Assembly (NCBI GenBank): GCA_947627475.1
Contig: CANQWE010000001.1
Span: 73,069 to 127,720 of the forward strand
DNA length: 54,652 nucleotides
Source: an uncultured Clostridia bacterium
GTDB taxonomy: Bacteria > Bacillota > Clostridia > Oscillospirales > CAG-272
Direction of reading: 5' to 3'
In this document: piece after piece, positions 18,449-26,734 of the stretch
Position numbering within the stretch: position 1 is the first letter of the stretch
Layout of the letters: every line of letters starts with the position of its first letter
Made by a program: the position numbers and the translations under genes
The notes under the pieces: generated by a model
The model's database searches: none
Seen by the model: the letters and a program-made list of their open reading frames with translations, nothing else
What the model was told of the DNA's origin: nothing

Positions 18449-20065
18449 CTATCCGCCAAAAGAAGCGGCGCCAAACACAGAGGCAATATATTTGGCAATC
18501 TCTGTGTTTTCCACTAAGGTACTGTGGAATATTTCCGTGCCGCCCCCCATGGCATATACTGGAACCGGCGTGCCGGTATGCTCTCCGTCAGAGGTCCAGG
18601 TGTAACTGCCATCCTCCAAAATTGTCAGACCGCCGGTTTCATGATCTGCGGTTACAATGACAGCCACATCCGGATGACAAGCAGCGGTGAGGGCTGCATA
18701 GGCAACGCAGTCGTTGAGGCGGGATACGGTACGGATGGTCTCATTATAATCCAGCTTGGTAGCATACTTGTCGATCATGGCCTCCTCGGCCATTAGAAAA
18801 AATCCGCTGTTATTGGCAGATGCCACGTGCAGGGCTTTCTGCAGCTGGCTTAAAAACCGATCGTCGTCATAGCTGCACCACAGAAAGTCGCACGCGAGAT
18901 CGCTTTCGGACAGGGCTTCCTGCTGCTGCTCTACAATGCTGTAATCGTACCGATAGCTGTGATGCACCAAAAATCCGTTGGGTGTTGCCCCGGTAATGCG
19001 GTCTGTAGAAAGAATGGCTGTAGTTTTTCCGGAAAGAGAGGCAAGCTCCCGTACATTTTGTACGGAGCGCAGGGAGTCCGTTTCACTGCCCAAAAACGCA
19101 TCCGGACGCATGCCAAGCACGCCGTTGTGCGTTTTCCACCCGGTGGCCAGCGCCGTAGCCGCTGCTGCAGAGTCTGTGACGCCTCCCAGTACGTTTCCCG
19201 TAGCGACAGTACCTGCCACAGGGAATTGGGCCGCCCAAAAGGTTTCAATGGAATCGGCTGCAGCCGGTGTTACCATTCCATCGGGATCCCTTACCCGTGC
19301 CTCTGGCTGGCAGGCCATACGGATATGATTTTCTCCCATGCCGTCTCCGATGATCAGAATGACGCTTTGAGGATTTTGCGGTTGATATTTTTGGAGTTGC
19401 CCTTCCGAAGAGATGGAGATATCCGCCTGCGTGTTCCATGCATCGCTGCTGCGCAGCAGCTCGTGAGTAAGATAGCCTACCCCGCCGCCTACCATAAAAT
19501 CCTGCCCTAAAAGTACGATTTTGGATCCTTGCGCATAAATCTTATAGGACAAGGGCGGGAAATCCTCACTGTCATCCTCGTCTACCCGATTGGTGTCGCC
19601 AATAAGAATTTCATATTCCGTTTCTTCTTTCTTATCTGAAACAATGGGGAGACGGACGCCGCAGAAATTTTCCAATGTATCGCTGAGCTGATCAGCTGCC
19701 CATTGTGCAAAGAGAGAATCGTCCTCGGATACTACAATTTGATACGCGTCCAGATCTGCTCCGTTGATGGTGATGGAAGCGTATCGGGTACCAGGCTTGC
19801 TAATCCCTGCAAGATACTGCGTCAGTACGTTTGCATCCGTCTCAGTAATGGAGCCGTCAAAGCTCAAATCCGCGTTTTCCTTGGAGATGGGCGTAAACCG
19901 ACCGGATAAATACCGACTCAGGACATATGCATCCTGCATGTCTACGATCCCATCTCCGTTTACGTCTCCGATCAGATACTTTGCATGAATGGTACATCCA
20001 GTCCATAGAAAAAGACTGCAGAGAACAAGAAATAGGACTGCCGAGGCCAAATGTTTTCGTTTCAT
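18449..20065 (-). CDS. Exported alkaline phosphatase-family protein with N-terminal dockerin and hexosaminidase domain-2-like module
   Basis: Signal peptide (possible lipobox WTGC); GDVNGDGIVDMQDA and ADLSFDGSITETDA repeats; AP motifs IGDGMG, VTDSAAAATA, TADHETGG, HT. Confidence 0.82.
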   Translation of the reverse strand: MKRKHLASAVLFLVLCSLFLWTGCTIHAKYLIGDVNGDGIVDMQDAYVLSRYLSGRFTPISKENADLSFDGSITETDANVLTQYLAGISKPGTRYASITINGADLDAYQIVVSEDDSLFAQWAADQLSDTLENFCGVRLPIVSDKKEETEYEILIGDTNRVDEDDSEDFPPLSYKIYAQGSKIVLLGQDFMVGGGVGYLTHELLRSSDAWNTQADISISSEGQLQKYQPQNPQSVILIIGDGMGENHIRMACQPEARVRDPDGMVTPAAADSIETFWAAQFPVAGTVATGNVLGGVTDSAAAATALATGWKTHNGVLGMRPDAFLGSETDSLRSVQNVRELASLSGKTTAILSTDRITGATPNGFLVHHSYRYDYSIVEQQQEALSESDLACDFLWCSYDDDRFLSQLQKALHVASANNSGFFLMAEEAMIDKYATKLDYNETIRTVSRLNDCVAYAALTAACHPDVAVIVTADHETGGLTILEDGSYTWTSDGEHTGTPVPVYAMGGGTEIFHSTLVENTEIAKYIASVFGAASFGG

Positions 20066-20095
20066 GTGTAGTGGAAAGCAAAGCAGGCAGACGGC

Positions 20096-21406
20096 TTAAA
20101 ACCGCATCCGCTTTTTTCCTTTCTTTTGACGTAAAATTGCTGTGCCGAAAATATAAATCAACGTAAATATAATGGCGGAAATCAGCGTGACGATAAAAAA
20201 ACGGCTTTTGGTAAACTGTTCGATTTTGTAAAGCCCGTACAGCAGGTCGCTTCTGGATACATCTGTTGTAGCAACAAGCTGGGAGGTACCGATCACCTCG
20301 CCGTCATAGATCGCGGTGACACTGCCTACCACCTGACCCTCATGGACCGGCGCCTGCAGGGATTCGCTGTTCGTAATATAGCTGATTTCAATTTCCTCAT
20401 CCACATTAATATCAGAGGGTAGGTATACCCGCAGCGTATCGGTAGATACCAGGGTCACGTAGTCCACCGCCGTAGACAGGGTCACTGGAATTTCACACAC
20501 GATCTGCTCCGGCGAGAGAACCTGGGTATATGTAAAAGAATCAAAAGCCCAGTCCAAAAGATTGGTTGCGTTGATATAGGAATAGACCTTTCCGTCTATG
20601 GTATCTGCGCCCATAACAACTACAATATAGGTGAGCTCTCCGTCTGTAGCGGCGGTTACTACGCTGTGCCCCCCTTCCGGAGTGGAGCCTGCGTTCATAC
20701 CTCTGGCCTGCTCGTTGTAGTAGTTTTTATCATAGTATACGGATAAGAGACAGTTGCGGTTATGCAGGGTGCGTGCCTGGGACACATTGGTTGCAGGCAT
20801 GGCATACCGGACCGAGGAGGTAGCTTCCATAAACAAATCCAGACTATAAGCGTACTTGGCAATTTGTGCCGTATCTTCTGCAGTGGTATACATGTTTTCG
20901 TCATGCATGCCGGTGGGATTGGTATAGTGGGTGTGATGCGCTCCCAGTTCCTTGGCCTTGGTGTTCATCTGCGTTACAAATTCCTGGGCAGAACCGGAGA
21001 TGGTGTAGGCCAGCACATAGGCCGCATCGTTTGCCCCATTGACCAGCAGGGCACGGATCATACTGTCTATGGTGACCATCTCGCCTGCAGCAAGTCCGAT
21101 ATTGTTGCCCCGCACTTCTGATAACATTTCTGCTGTTACAGTAATCGTTTCATCCAGGCGGCCGGAGAGATTTTCTATGGCGAGGATACCTGTCATGATT
21201 TTTACAGTAGAAGTAGGGTAAATCTGTTCTTCTGCGTTCAGAGAATAAACTGCCTTGTTATTTTCCAGGTTGTAGAGATAGATTCCCTTCGCGTTGGAAA
21301 TGGTGGGATCTTCCAGTGCACCCGCCGGTACACACATCCAAAGGAGTCCTGCTGCAAAAAGGATTACGGATAGAAGCATTGCCGCAAGGCTTTTTTTTCT
21401 GTGCAT
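20096..21406 (-). CDS. D-alanyl-D-alanine carboxypeptidase family (peptidase S11) with C-terminal membrane anchor
   Basis: PTSTVKIMT (SxxK), NPTGMHD, PBP5 C-terminal domain, terminal TM helix; SxN and KTG motifs are degenerate. Confidence 0.85.
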   Translation of the reverse strand: MHRKKSLAAMLLSVILFAAGLLWMCVPAGALEDPTISNAKGIYLYNLENNKAVYSLNAEEQIYPTSTVKIMTGILAIENLSGRLDETITVTAEMLSEVRGNNIGLAAGEMVTIDSMIRALLVNGANDAAYVLAYTISGSAQEFVTQMNTKAKELGAHHTHYTNPTGMHDENMYTTAEDTAQIAKYAYSLDLFMEATSSVRYAMPATNVSQARTLHNRNCLLSVYYDKNYYNEQARGMNAGSTPEGGHSVVTAATDGELTYIVVVMGADTIDGKVYSYINATNLLDWAFDSFTYTQVLSPEQIVCEIPVTLSTAVDYVTLVSTDTLRVYLPSDINVDEEIEISYITNSESLQAPVHEGQVVGSVTAIYDGEVIGTSQLVATTDVSRSDLLYGLYKIEQFTKSRFFIVTLISAIIFTLIYIFGTAILRQKKGKKRMRF

Positions 21407-21472
21407 GGGAATACGATCTCCTTTCTTACGTAGAAGCGCATCCAAGCCGGATGCGCTGCAGACCGGGCGGCG

Positions 21473-22423
21473 TCAACCGCCATATGTAGTTTCAAAATAA
21501 CGGATTGTGGCCTGTATGTCGCGCTGCACCTGTACTTTCAGCTGAGAAATGTCTGAAAACCGCACTTCATCCCGCAGACGGTGGAAAAAATCCACCTCAA
21601 TCTCTTTTCCGTACAGAAGTCCGTTGTAGTCGATAATATGGGTTTCACAGTTAATCGGCGCATGCCCCGCCGTGACGGTGGGACGCACGCCGATATTGGC
21701 GACTCCCAAAAAGATATCTCCCCCAACATTACAGGTACAGGCATAAATTCCGGTTTTGGGAATAATATGGCCGACGGGAAAGCTTTGATTGATGGTGGGA
21801 ATGCCGATGGTGCGGCCAAGCTGCTTGCCACGCACCACGGGAAAGGAAATGGAAAAAGGATGGCCTAAAAGCTCGCCAGCCATGTCCATGTCCCCGTCCA
21901 GAATGCAGCTTCGTACAGCACTGGAAGAAACGATCCGGTTTTTCCAAAGAACCGGCTTTTCGATCATAACAGGGATGCCTGCCGGCGCAAGATACGCCCG
22001 CAGCGCATCTGCGTCTCCTACGCCGCCTCTGCCAAATCGGAAATTAAAGCCGCAGACCACGCTGCCGGCCTGTATTTTCCCAGGCAAATAGTCTTCTGCA
22101 AATTCTGCGGGAGACTGAGAGCGTACCGCTTCAAAATCTTCCAGTACAGCATAATCCAAACCATAGGCTGCAAAAAGACGCAGTTTTGTATCTGTATCGG
22201 TGAGAAAAGGTACAGTGCTTGCAGGCTTTGCAAGGCTGGTAAACGTCCATGCGGCGCTGCCGGCGCCCCCGGCGCTTTTTGCCTTGAAAAATAACTGTTG
22301 ATGCCCTCTGTGCACCCCGTCAAAATTCCCCAGCGCCACGGCGGTGCCCGGCGGAAGCACATCCACCCTTGTATAAGCAGGGGCGCCGGTTTTTACGTTT
22401 GCTGATAATTTATAAACGATCAT
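21473..22423 (-). CDS. ribF: Bifunctional riboflavin kinase / FAD synthetase
   Basis: ALGNFDGVHRGHQ, GFNFRFG, GRTIGIPTIN, NIGVRPT, ETHI. Confidence 0.95.
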   Translation of the reverse strand: MIVYKLSANVKTGAPAYTRVDVLPPGTAVALGNFDGVHRGHQQLFFKAKSAGGAGSAAWTFTSLAKPASTVPFLTDTDTKLRLFAAYGLDYAVLEDFEAVRSQSPAEFAEDYLPGKIQAGSVVCGFNFRFGRGGVGDADALRAYLAPAGIPVMIEKPVLWKNRIVSSSAVRSCILDGDMDMAGELLGHPFSISFPVVRGKQLGRTIGIPTINQSFPVGHIIPKTGIYACTCNVGGDIFLGVANIGVRPTVTAGHAPINCETHIIDYNGLLYGKEIEVDFFHRLRDEVRFSDISQLKVQVQRDIQATIRYFETTYGG

Positions 22424-22453
22424 GCGCCAAGTCTCCTGCCAATATTTTTGGAC

Positions 22454-22714
22454 TCAGCCCAGTCCCAGATAGTATTTTACAAGGGCCCCCATCAACTCGT
22501 CCCGGTCGATCCGGCAAATCAGTGCCCGTGCATTTTTGTGGTTGGTGATATAGGTGGGATCCTCAGAGAGGATATACCCCACCATCTGGTTTATAGGGTC
22601 GTATCCCTTTTCCTGCAGCGCCTGATATACTGCCGTAAGTATATCTCGGATCGCCCGATCCCGATCATCATGCAGAGAAAAGGTTTGGGTTTTTGCGTGG
22701 GGTTGATCTGCCAT
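22454..22714 (-). CDS. IreB-family regulatory phosphoprotein (DUF965)
   Basis: [29 protein letters not shown]...AR...IDRDEL. Confidence 0.92.
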   Translation of the reverse strand: MADQPHAKTQTFSLHDDRDRAIRDILTAVYQALQEKGYDPINQMVGYILSEDPTYITNHKNARALICRIDRDELMGALVKYYLGLG

Positions 22715-22730
22715 TGCCGTTCTCCTTTGT

Positions 22731-23654
22731 TTAACCGATTTGTTCAATGTTATACGGTGTGGTTTGGTATACGAAATAGTTCAGCCAGTTGGAATAAAGC
22801 AAATTTGCATGACTGCGCCAGGTGACCACAGGATCCTTTGTATCGTCCCCGCCGGGAAAGTAATTTTCCGGGGGCTGTGGATCTAAGCCTGCAGCCTTAT
22901 CCCGCAGGTATTCGCTTTTCAGGGTATCCCCGTCATATTCCGGATGGCCGGTGATAAAAATCTGACTGCCTCCTTGATTGGATACGGCGAATACGCCTAT
23001 CCGATCTTCTTCCCCTGAAGCCAGAATTTTCAGTTCCGGTACTGCTTCGATGTCCTGCCGGCGCACCATAGTATGCCGGGAGTGGGGGATCATAAAGCTG
23101 TCGTCAAAGCCCCGCAGCAAAATGGAGGTTTTCCGGTCCTTCTTATGGGGGAAAATGCCGGAGAGCTTTTCCTGCAGGGGATACTTTGGGACCCCGTAAT
23201 GGTAATACAGACCAGCCTGTGCTCCCCAGCAAATGTGGAATGTGCTGGTGACATGGGTCTTGGACCACTCCATGATCTGGCACAGCTCCTCCCAGTAGGC
23301 GACTGCTTCAAATTCCATTTTTTCCACCGGAGCGCCGGTGATGATCATCCCGTCAAACTTTTCATTTTGCACATCCTTCCAGGTACGATAAAAGGAAAGC
23401 ATGTGCTCCGCAGACGTGTGGCGCGCCTGGTGGGTGGCTGTGTGCAGCAGTTCCAGCTCTACCTGCAGGGGCGTATTGCCCAGCAGCCGTGCCAGCTGGG
23501 TTTCTGTGGTGATTTTAGTGGGCATCAGATTCAGGATGGCGATTTTCAGCGGACGAATATCCTGGGTGATGGCCCTGGTTTCTGTAATGACGAAGATATT
23601 TTCGCTTTGCAGCGTTTCTGTCGCAGGCAAAGCGTTGGGTATTTTGATAGGCAT
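22731..23654 (-). CDS. metA: Homoserine O-acetyltransferase (MetA family)
   Basis: MPIKIP, ILNLMP, ITGAPVE (Glu at the acyl-specificity position), [12 protein letters not shown]. Confidence 0.95.
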   Translation of the reverse strand: MPIKIPNALPATETLQSENIFVITETRAITQDIRPLKIAILNLMPTKITTETQLARLLGNTPLQVELELLHTATHQARHTSAEHMLSFYRTWKDVQNEKFDGMIITGAPVEKMEFEAVAYWEELCQIMEWSKTHVTSTFHICWGAQAGLYYHYGVPKYPLQEKLSGIFPHKKDRKTSILLRGFDDSFMIPHSRHTMVRRQDIEAVPELKILASGEEDRIGVFAVSNQGGSQIFITGHPEYDGDTLKSEYLRDKAAGLDPQPPENYFPGGDDTKDPVVTWRSHANLLYSNWLNYFVYQTTPYNIEQIG

Positions 23655-23691
23655 CGGCTTATCCTCCGCTTTCGTTTGTTATGCCTTTTCC

Positions 23692-24969
23692 TTATACCTG
23701 TGCCAGCGCGTTTTCAATATCGGCCAGAATATCGTCGATATTTTCAATACCCACGGACATGCGAATCAGATCCGGCCCAATCCCCGCGTCTACAAGCTGC
23801 TGGTCGGTGAGCTGCCGGTGGGTGGTGGAAGCCGGATGAAGCACGCAGGTGCGCGCATCTGCCACATGTACCACGATCTGGGCCAGCTGCAAATGATCCA
23901 TAAATCGCATGGCTGCGTCTCTGCCGCCTTTTACACCGAAAGAAACAACGCCGCAGGATTTGCCTTTCAGATATTTTTGACATTTTTCATATTGTGTGTT
24001 GGAGGACAGTGCAGGATTGTTGACCCAGCTGATTTTTTCATGTCCCTCCAGATATTTTGCTACGGCCAGCCCGTTTTCAAAGTGCCGCTCCATACGAAGG
24101 GCAAGGGTTTCCAGACCCAGATTCAAAATATACATAGCCAGAGGCTGGGGCGTTGTGCCCAGATCCCGCATCAGCTGTACACGGGCTTTGGTAATATATG
24201 CGGCATTGCCGAAATCCCGGGTGTATACTACGCCGTGGTAGCTTTCGTCCGGTGTGGTCAGCTCGGGGAATTTCCCGCTTTTCTCCCAGTCAAAGGCGCC
24301 GCTGTCTACAATCACGCCGCCTACCACACTGGCATGTCCGTCCATATATTTTGTGGTGGAATGGATCACAATATCCGCACCATATGCAAAAGGACGGCAA
24401 AGTACAGGCGTAGCAAAGGTGTTGTCGACGACCAGGGGCACATTGTGGGTGTGGGCAATAGCGGCGAATCGCTCAATATCCAGCACTTCCAGTGCCGGGT
24501 TGGCAATGGTTTCCCCAAAAACCAGCCGGGTTTTTTCGTCGAACAGGGCGTGGATTTCTTCGTCTGTCATATCCGGCGTAGCGAAACGCACTTCAATGCC
24601 CATGCGCTTCATGGTTACAGCAAACAGATTGACGGTGCCTCCGTAAATGGTGGAGCAGGAAATAAAGTTTTCTCCGGCGCTTGCAATGTTGAAAACGGCA
24701 AGCAGGGATGCAGCTTGGCCGGAGGAGGTGCACATAGCCCCCACGCCTCCTTCCAGAGAGGCGATCTTTTCTTCCACGCAGGCCACGGTGGGGTTGGAGA
24801 TTCTGGTGTACATATGTCCGGGCGCGGACAAGTCAAACAGCTTGCCCAGATGCTCGCCGCTGTCATACTTATAAGTGGTGCTCTGATAGATGGGAAGCAC
24901 GCGGGGCTCTCCGTTTTCCGGCTTCCAGCCTTCCTGAATGCACTTGGTTTCTACATGAAATTCTTTCAC
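23692..24969 (-). CDS. metY: O-acetylhomoserine aminocarboxypropyltransferase/sulfhydrylase
   Basis: PIYQSTT, YTRISNPT, VDNTFATP, HSTTKYMDGH, HPASTTH. Confidence 0.92.
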   Translation of the reverse strand: MKEFHVETKCIQEGWKPENGEPRVLPIYQSTTYKYDSGEHLGKLFDLSAPGHMYTRISNPTVACVEEKIASLEGGVGAMCTSSGQAASLLAVFNIASAGENFISCSTIYGGTVNLFAVTMKRMGIEVRFATPDMTDEEIHALFDEKTRLVFGETIANPALEVLDIERFAAIAHTHNVPLVVDNTFATPVLCRPFAYGADIVIHSTTKYMDGHASVVGGVIVDSGAFDWEKSGKFPELTTPDESYHGVVYTRDFGNAAYITKARVQLMRDLGTTPQPLAMYILNLGLETLALRMERHFENGLAVAKYLEGHEKISWVNNPALSSNTQYEKCQKYLKGKSCGVVSFGVKGGRDAAMRFMDHLQLAQIVVHVADARTCVLHPASTTHRQLTDQQLVDAGIGPDLIRMSVGIENIDDILADIENALAQV

Positions 24970-25209
24970 AATATATGGCTTCCTTTCCTGCTGTGAGGAT
25001 TTTTATATTCTTTTAGAAATACACAGTACATTATATAATAAATTCCATTTTATTTCAATAGAATCCTGGTAAATTCACAGTAAATTCAGACAAACGGGAG
25101 AAGTTGGCAGGAAAACGACTTGCGCAGGTATTAAATTTGTGGTATCATAAATAATGTGAGCTTGCGATATGTGGATGATAAGATAACAAGGGAAAGGAGG
25201 CGGCGGTTT

Positions 25210-26412
25210 ATGCCTATTGTGCAAAATGTAGGCGGAAAGCTTGGAATTTATGTGCATGTGCCTTTTTGCCGCAGCAAATGTGCGTATTGCGATTTTTATT
25301 CTTTTGTGCCGGGAGACGATACGATTTATGAGCGCTATGTAAACGCCCTGCTTTCCCATATGGAATATTATAAAAGCGCGGTGTCCCAGCGTACGCCGGA
25401 CAGTGTATACATTGGCGGCGGAACCCCTACGGCGCTGCCGGAGGAACAGTTGCTGCGGATTATCCGCGGGGTGCGCCGTACCTTTCATTTGGCAAAAAAC
25501 GCCGAATTTACCGTTGAGGTTAATCCAGCAACAGCGACTTATAAAACCTTTGTCCGCCTTCGCCGGGCTGGCGTAAATCGGATCAGCATCGGCCTGCAGT
25601 CTGCCCATGAAGGGGAGCTGAAAGCCCTTTCCCGGATCCACAGCCGGGGGGACTTTGAGCAGTGCTTCCGGGACGCCCGCCGGGCGAAAATTGAGAATAT
25701 CAGCGTGGATCTCATGTTTGGAATTCCACGGCAGACCCAGGAGAGTCTGCTTTGGTCCATCGACTATGTGACGCGTCTGCGTCCGGAGCATATTTCTCTG
25801 TATAATTTGAAAATCGAGCCGGGGACGCCTTTTTATAAGATCCGGCATCAGCTGCCCCTGCCGGATGAGGATACGGAATTCGATATGTACCGCGCCGCTT
25901 GTGCCATGCTGGAAAGGCGGGGGTACAAGCAGTATGAAATTAGCAATTTTGCTCAGCCTGGGAAAATGTGCAAGCACAACCTGAAATATTGGAACTGCGA
26001 GGAATATTTGGGCCTTGGCCCCAGCGCTCATTCTTACTTTAACGGCAATCGTTTTTCCTTTATCCCCAACGTGCAGGCATATATCAAGGGGATCGAACAC
26101 ATTGAAAACGACGTGGGTATTACCGCGTCCTCCGAGGAGATCAAGGGAAAGGCGCGGATGGGCGAATATATCATGCTGCGGTTTCGTCTGTCGGAGGGGC
26201 TGCCGCTGGGGGAATTTCAGCGCACTTTTGGTTGTGACTTTTTGGAATTGTACGGCGCCAAGCTTCCCTTTTATTTGAAAAAGGGCTATATGGTGCGGCG
26301 GGGAGACAATATTGCGCTGACCCATGCGGGGATGTTTGTATCGAATTATATTTTATCGGATATTTTAACCTTTGAAGATTTGAACGCCATTTCTCCGGCA
26401 AATCAGTTTTAA
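25210..26412 (+). CDS. hemW: Radical SAM heme chaperone HemW (HemN-like)
   Basis: YVHVPFCRSKCAYCDF, GGGTPT, YEISNF, HNLKYW. Confidence 0.88.
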   Translation: MPIVQNVGGKLGIYVHVPFCRSKCAYCDFYSFVPGDDTIYERYVNALLSHMEYYKSAVSQRTPDSVYIGGGTPTALPEEQLLRIIRGVRRTFHLAKNAEFTVEVNPATATYKTFVRLRRAGVNRISIGLQSAHEGELKALSRIHSRGDFEQCFRDARRAKIENISVDLMFGIPRQTQESLLWSIDYVTRLRPEHISLYNLKIEPGTPFYKIRHQLPLPDEDTEFDMYRAACAMLERRGYKQYEISNFAQPGKMCKHNLKYWNCEEYLGLGPSAHSYFNGNRFSFIPNVQAYIKGIEHIENDVGITASSEEIKGKARMGEYIMLRFRLSEGLPLGEFQRTFGCDFLELYGAKLPFYLKKGYMVRRGDNIALTHAGMFVSNYILSDILTFEDLNAISPANQF

Positions 26413-26435
26413 AGAGGGGCAAGGCCCCTCTTTTT
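26411..26435 (+). terminator. Terminator, AAGAGGGG family copy 1
   Basis: AAAGAGGGGC-aag-GCCCCTCTTTTT. Confidence 0.8.
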
Positions 26436-26451
26436 GATTTACGGGAGTTTT

Positions 26452-26593
26452 ATCCCCCGTCTTGCCTAGGGCGATCCACTCCCCTCTGACAAGGGGGCTT
26501 TTTAAATTATTATATCTATATCATTGCGCAATAAAAGATTGATGCAATACTCCCCTGGTAAGGGGAGGGGGACCGCGTTGGCAGTGGAACGAT
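26452..26593. repeat. Inverted pair of REP-like elements
   Basis: ATCCCCCGTC...CCACTCCCCTCTGACAAGGGGGCTT, AT-rich spacer, then CTCCCCTGGTAAGGGGAGGGGGACCGC...GTGGA. Confidence 0.6.
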
Positions 26594-26616
26594 CTTTGCG
26601 GGGACATGCTTATAGA

Positions 26617-26645
26617 TTGACAAGTTCTTCAAATCCTTGTATAAT
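26617..26645 (+). promoter_or_regulatory. sigma-A promoter
   Basis: TTGACA (26617-26622), 17 bp, TATAAT (26640-26645). Confidence 0.85.
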
Positions 26646-26734
26646 ATCTACATAAAAAAGCATTTATATCTCAACAATTTTGCTCTGATACAGATTCCTC
26701 TGCAAAAAAGTTTTGGAAAGGCACCGTTTAAATT

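Noticed and set aside
23401-24996. 531-aa plus-strand ORF
   Set aside because: Antisense shadow of metY/metA, with no recognisable motifs.
24970-25200. SAM riboswitch or T-box upstream of metY-metA
   Set aside because: The short AT-rich divergent region shows no S-box or T-box consensus or terminator.
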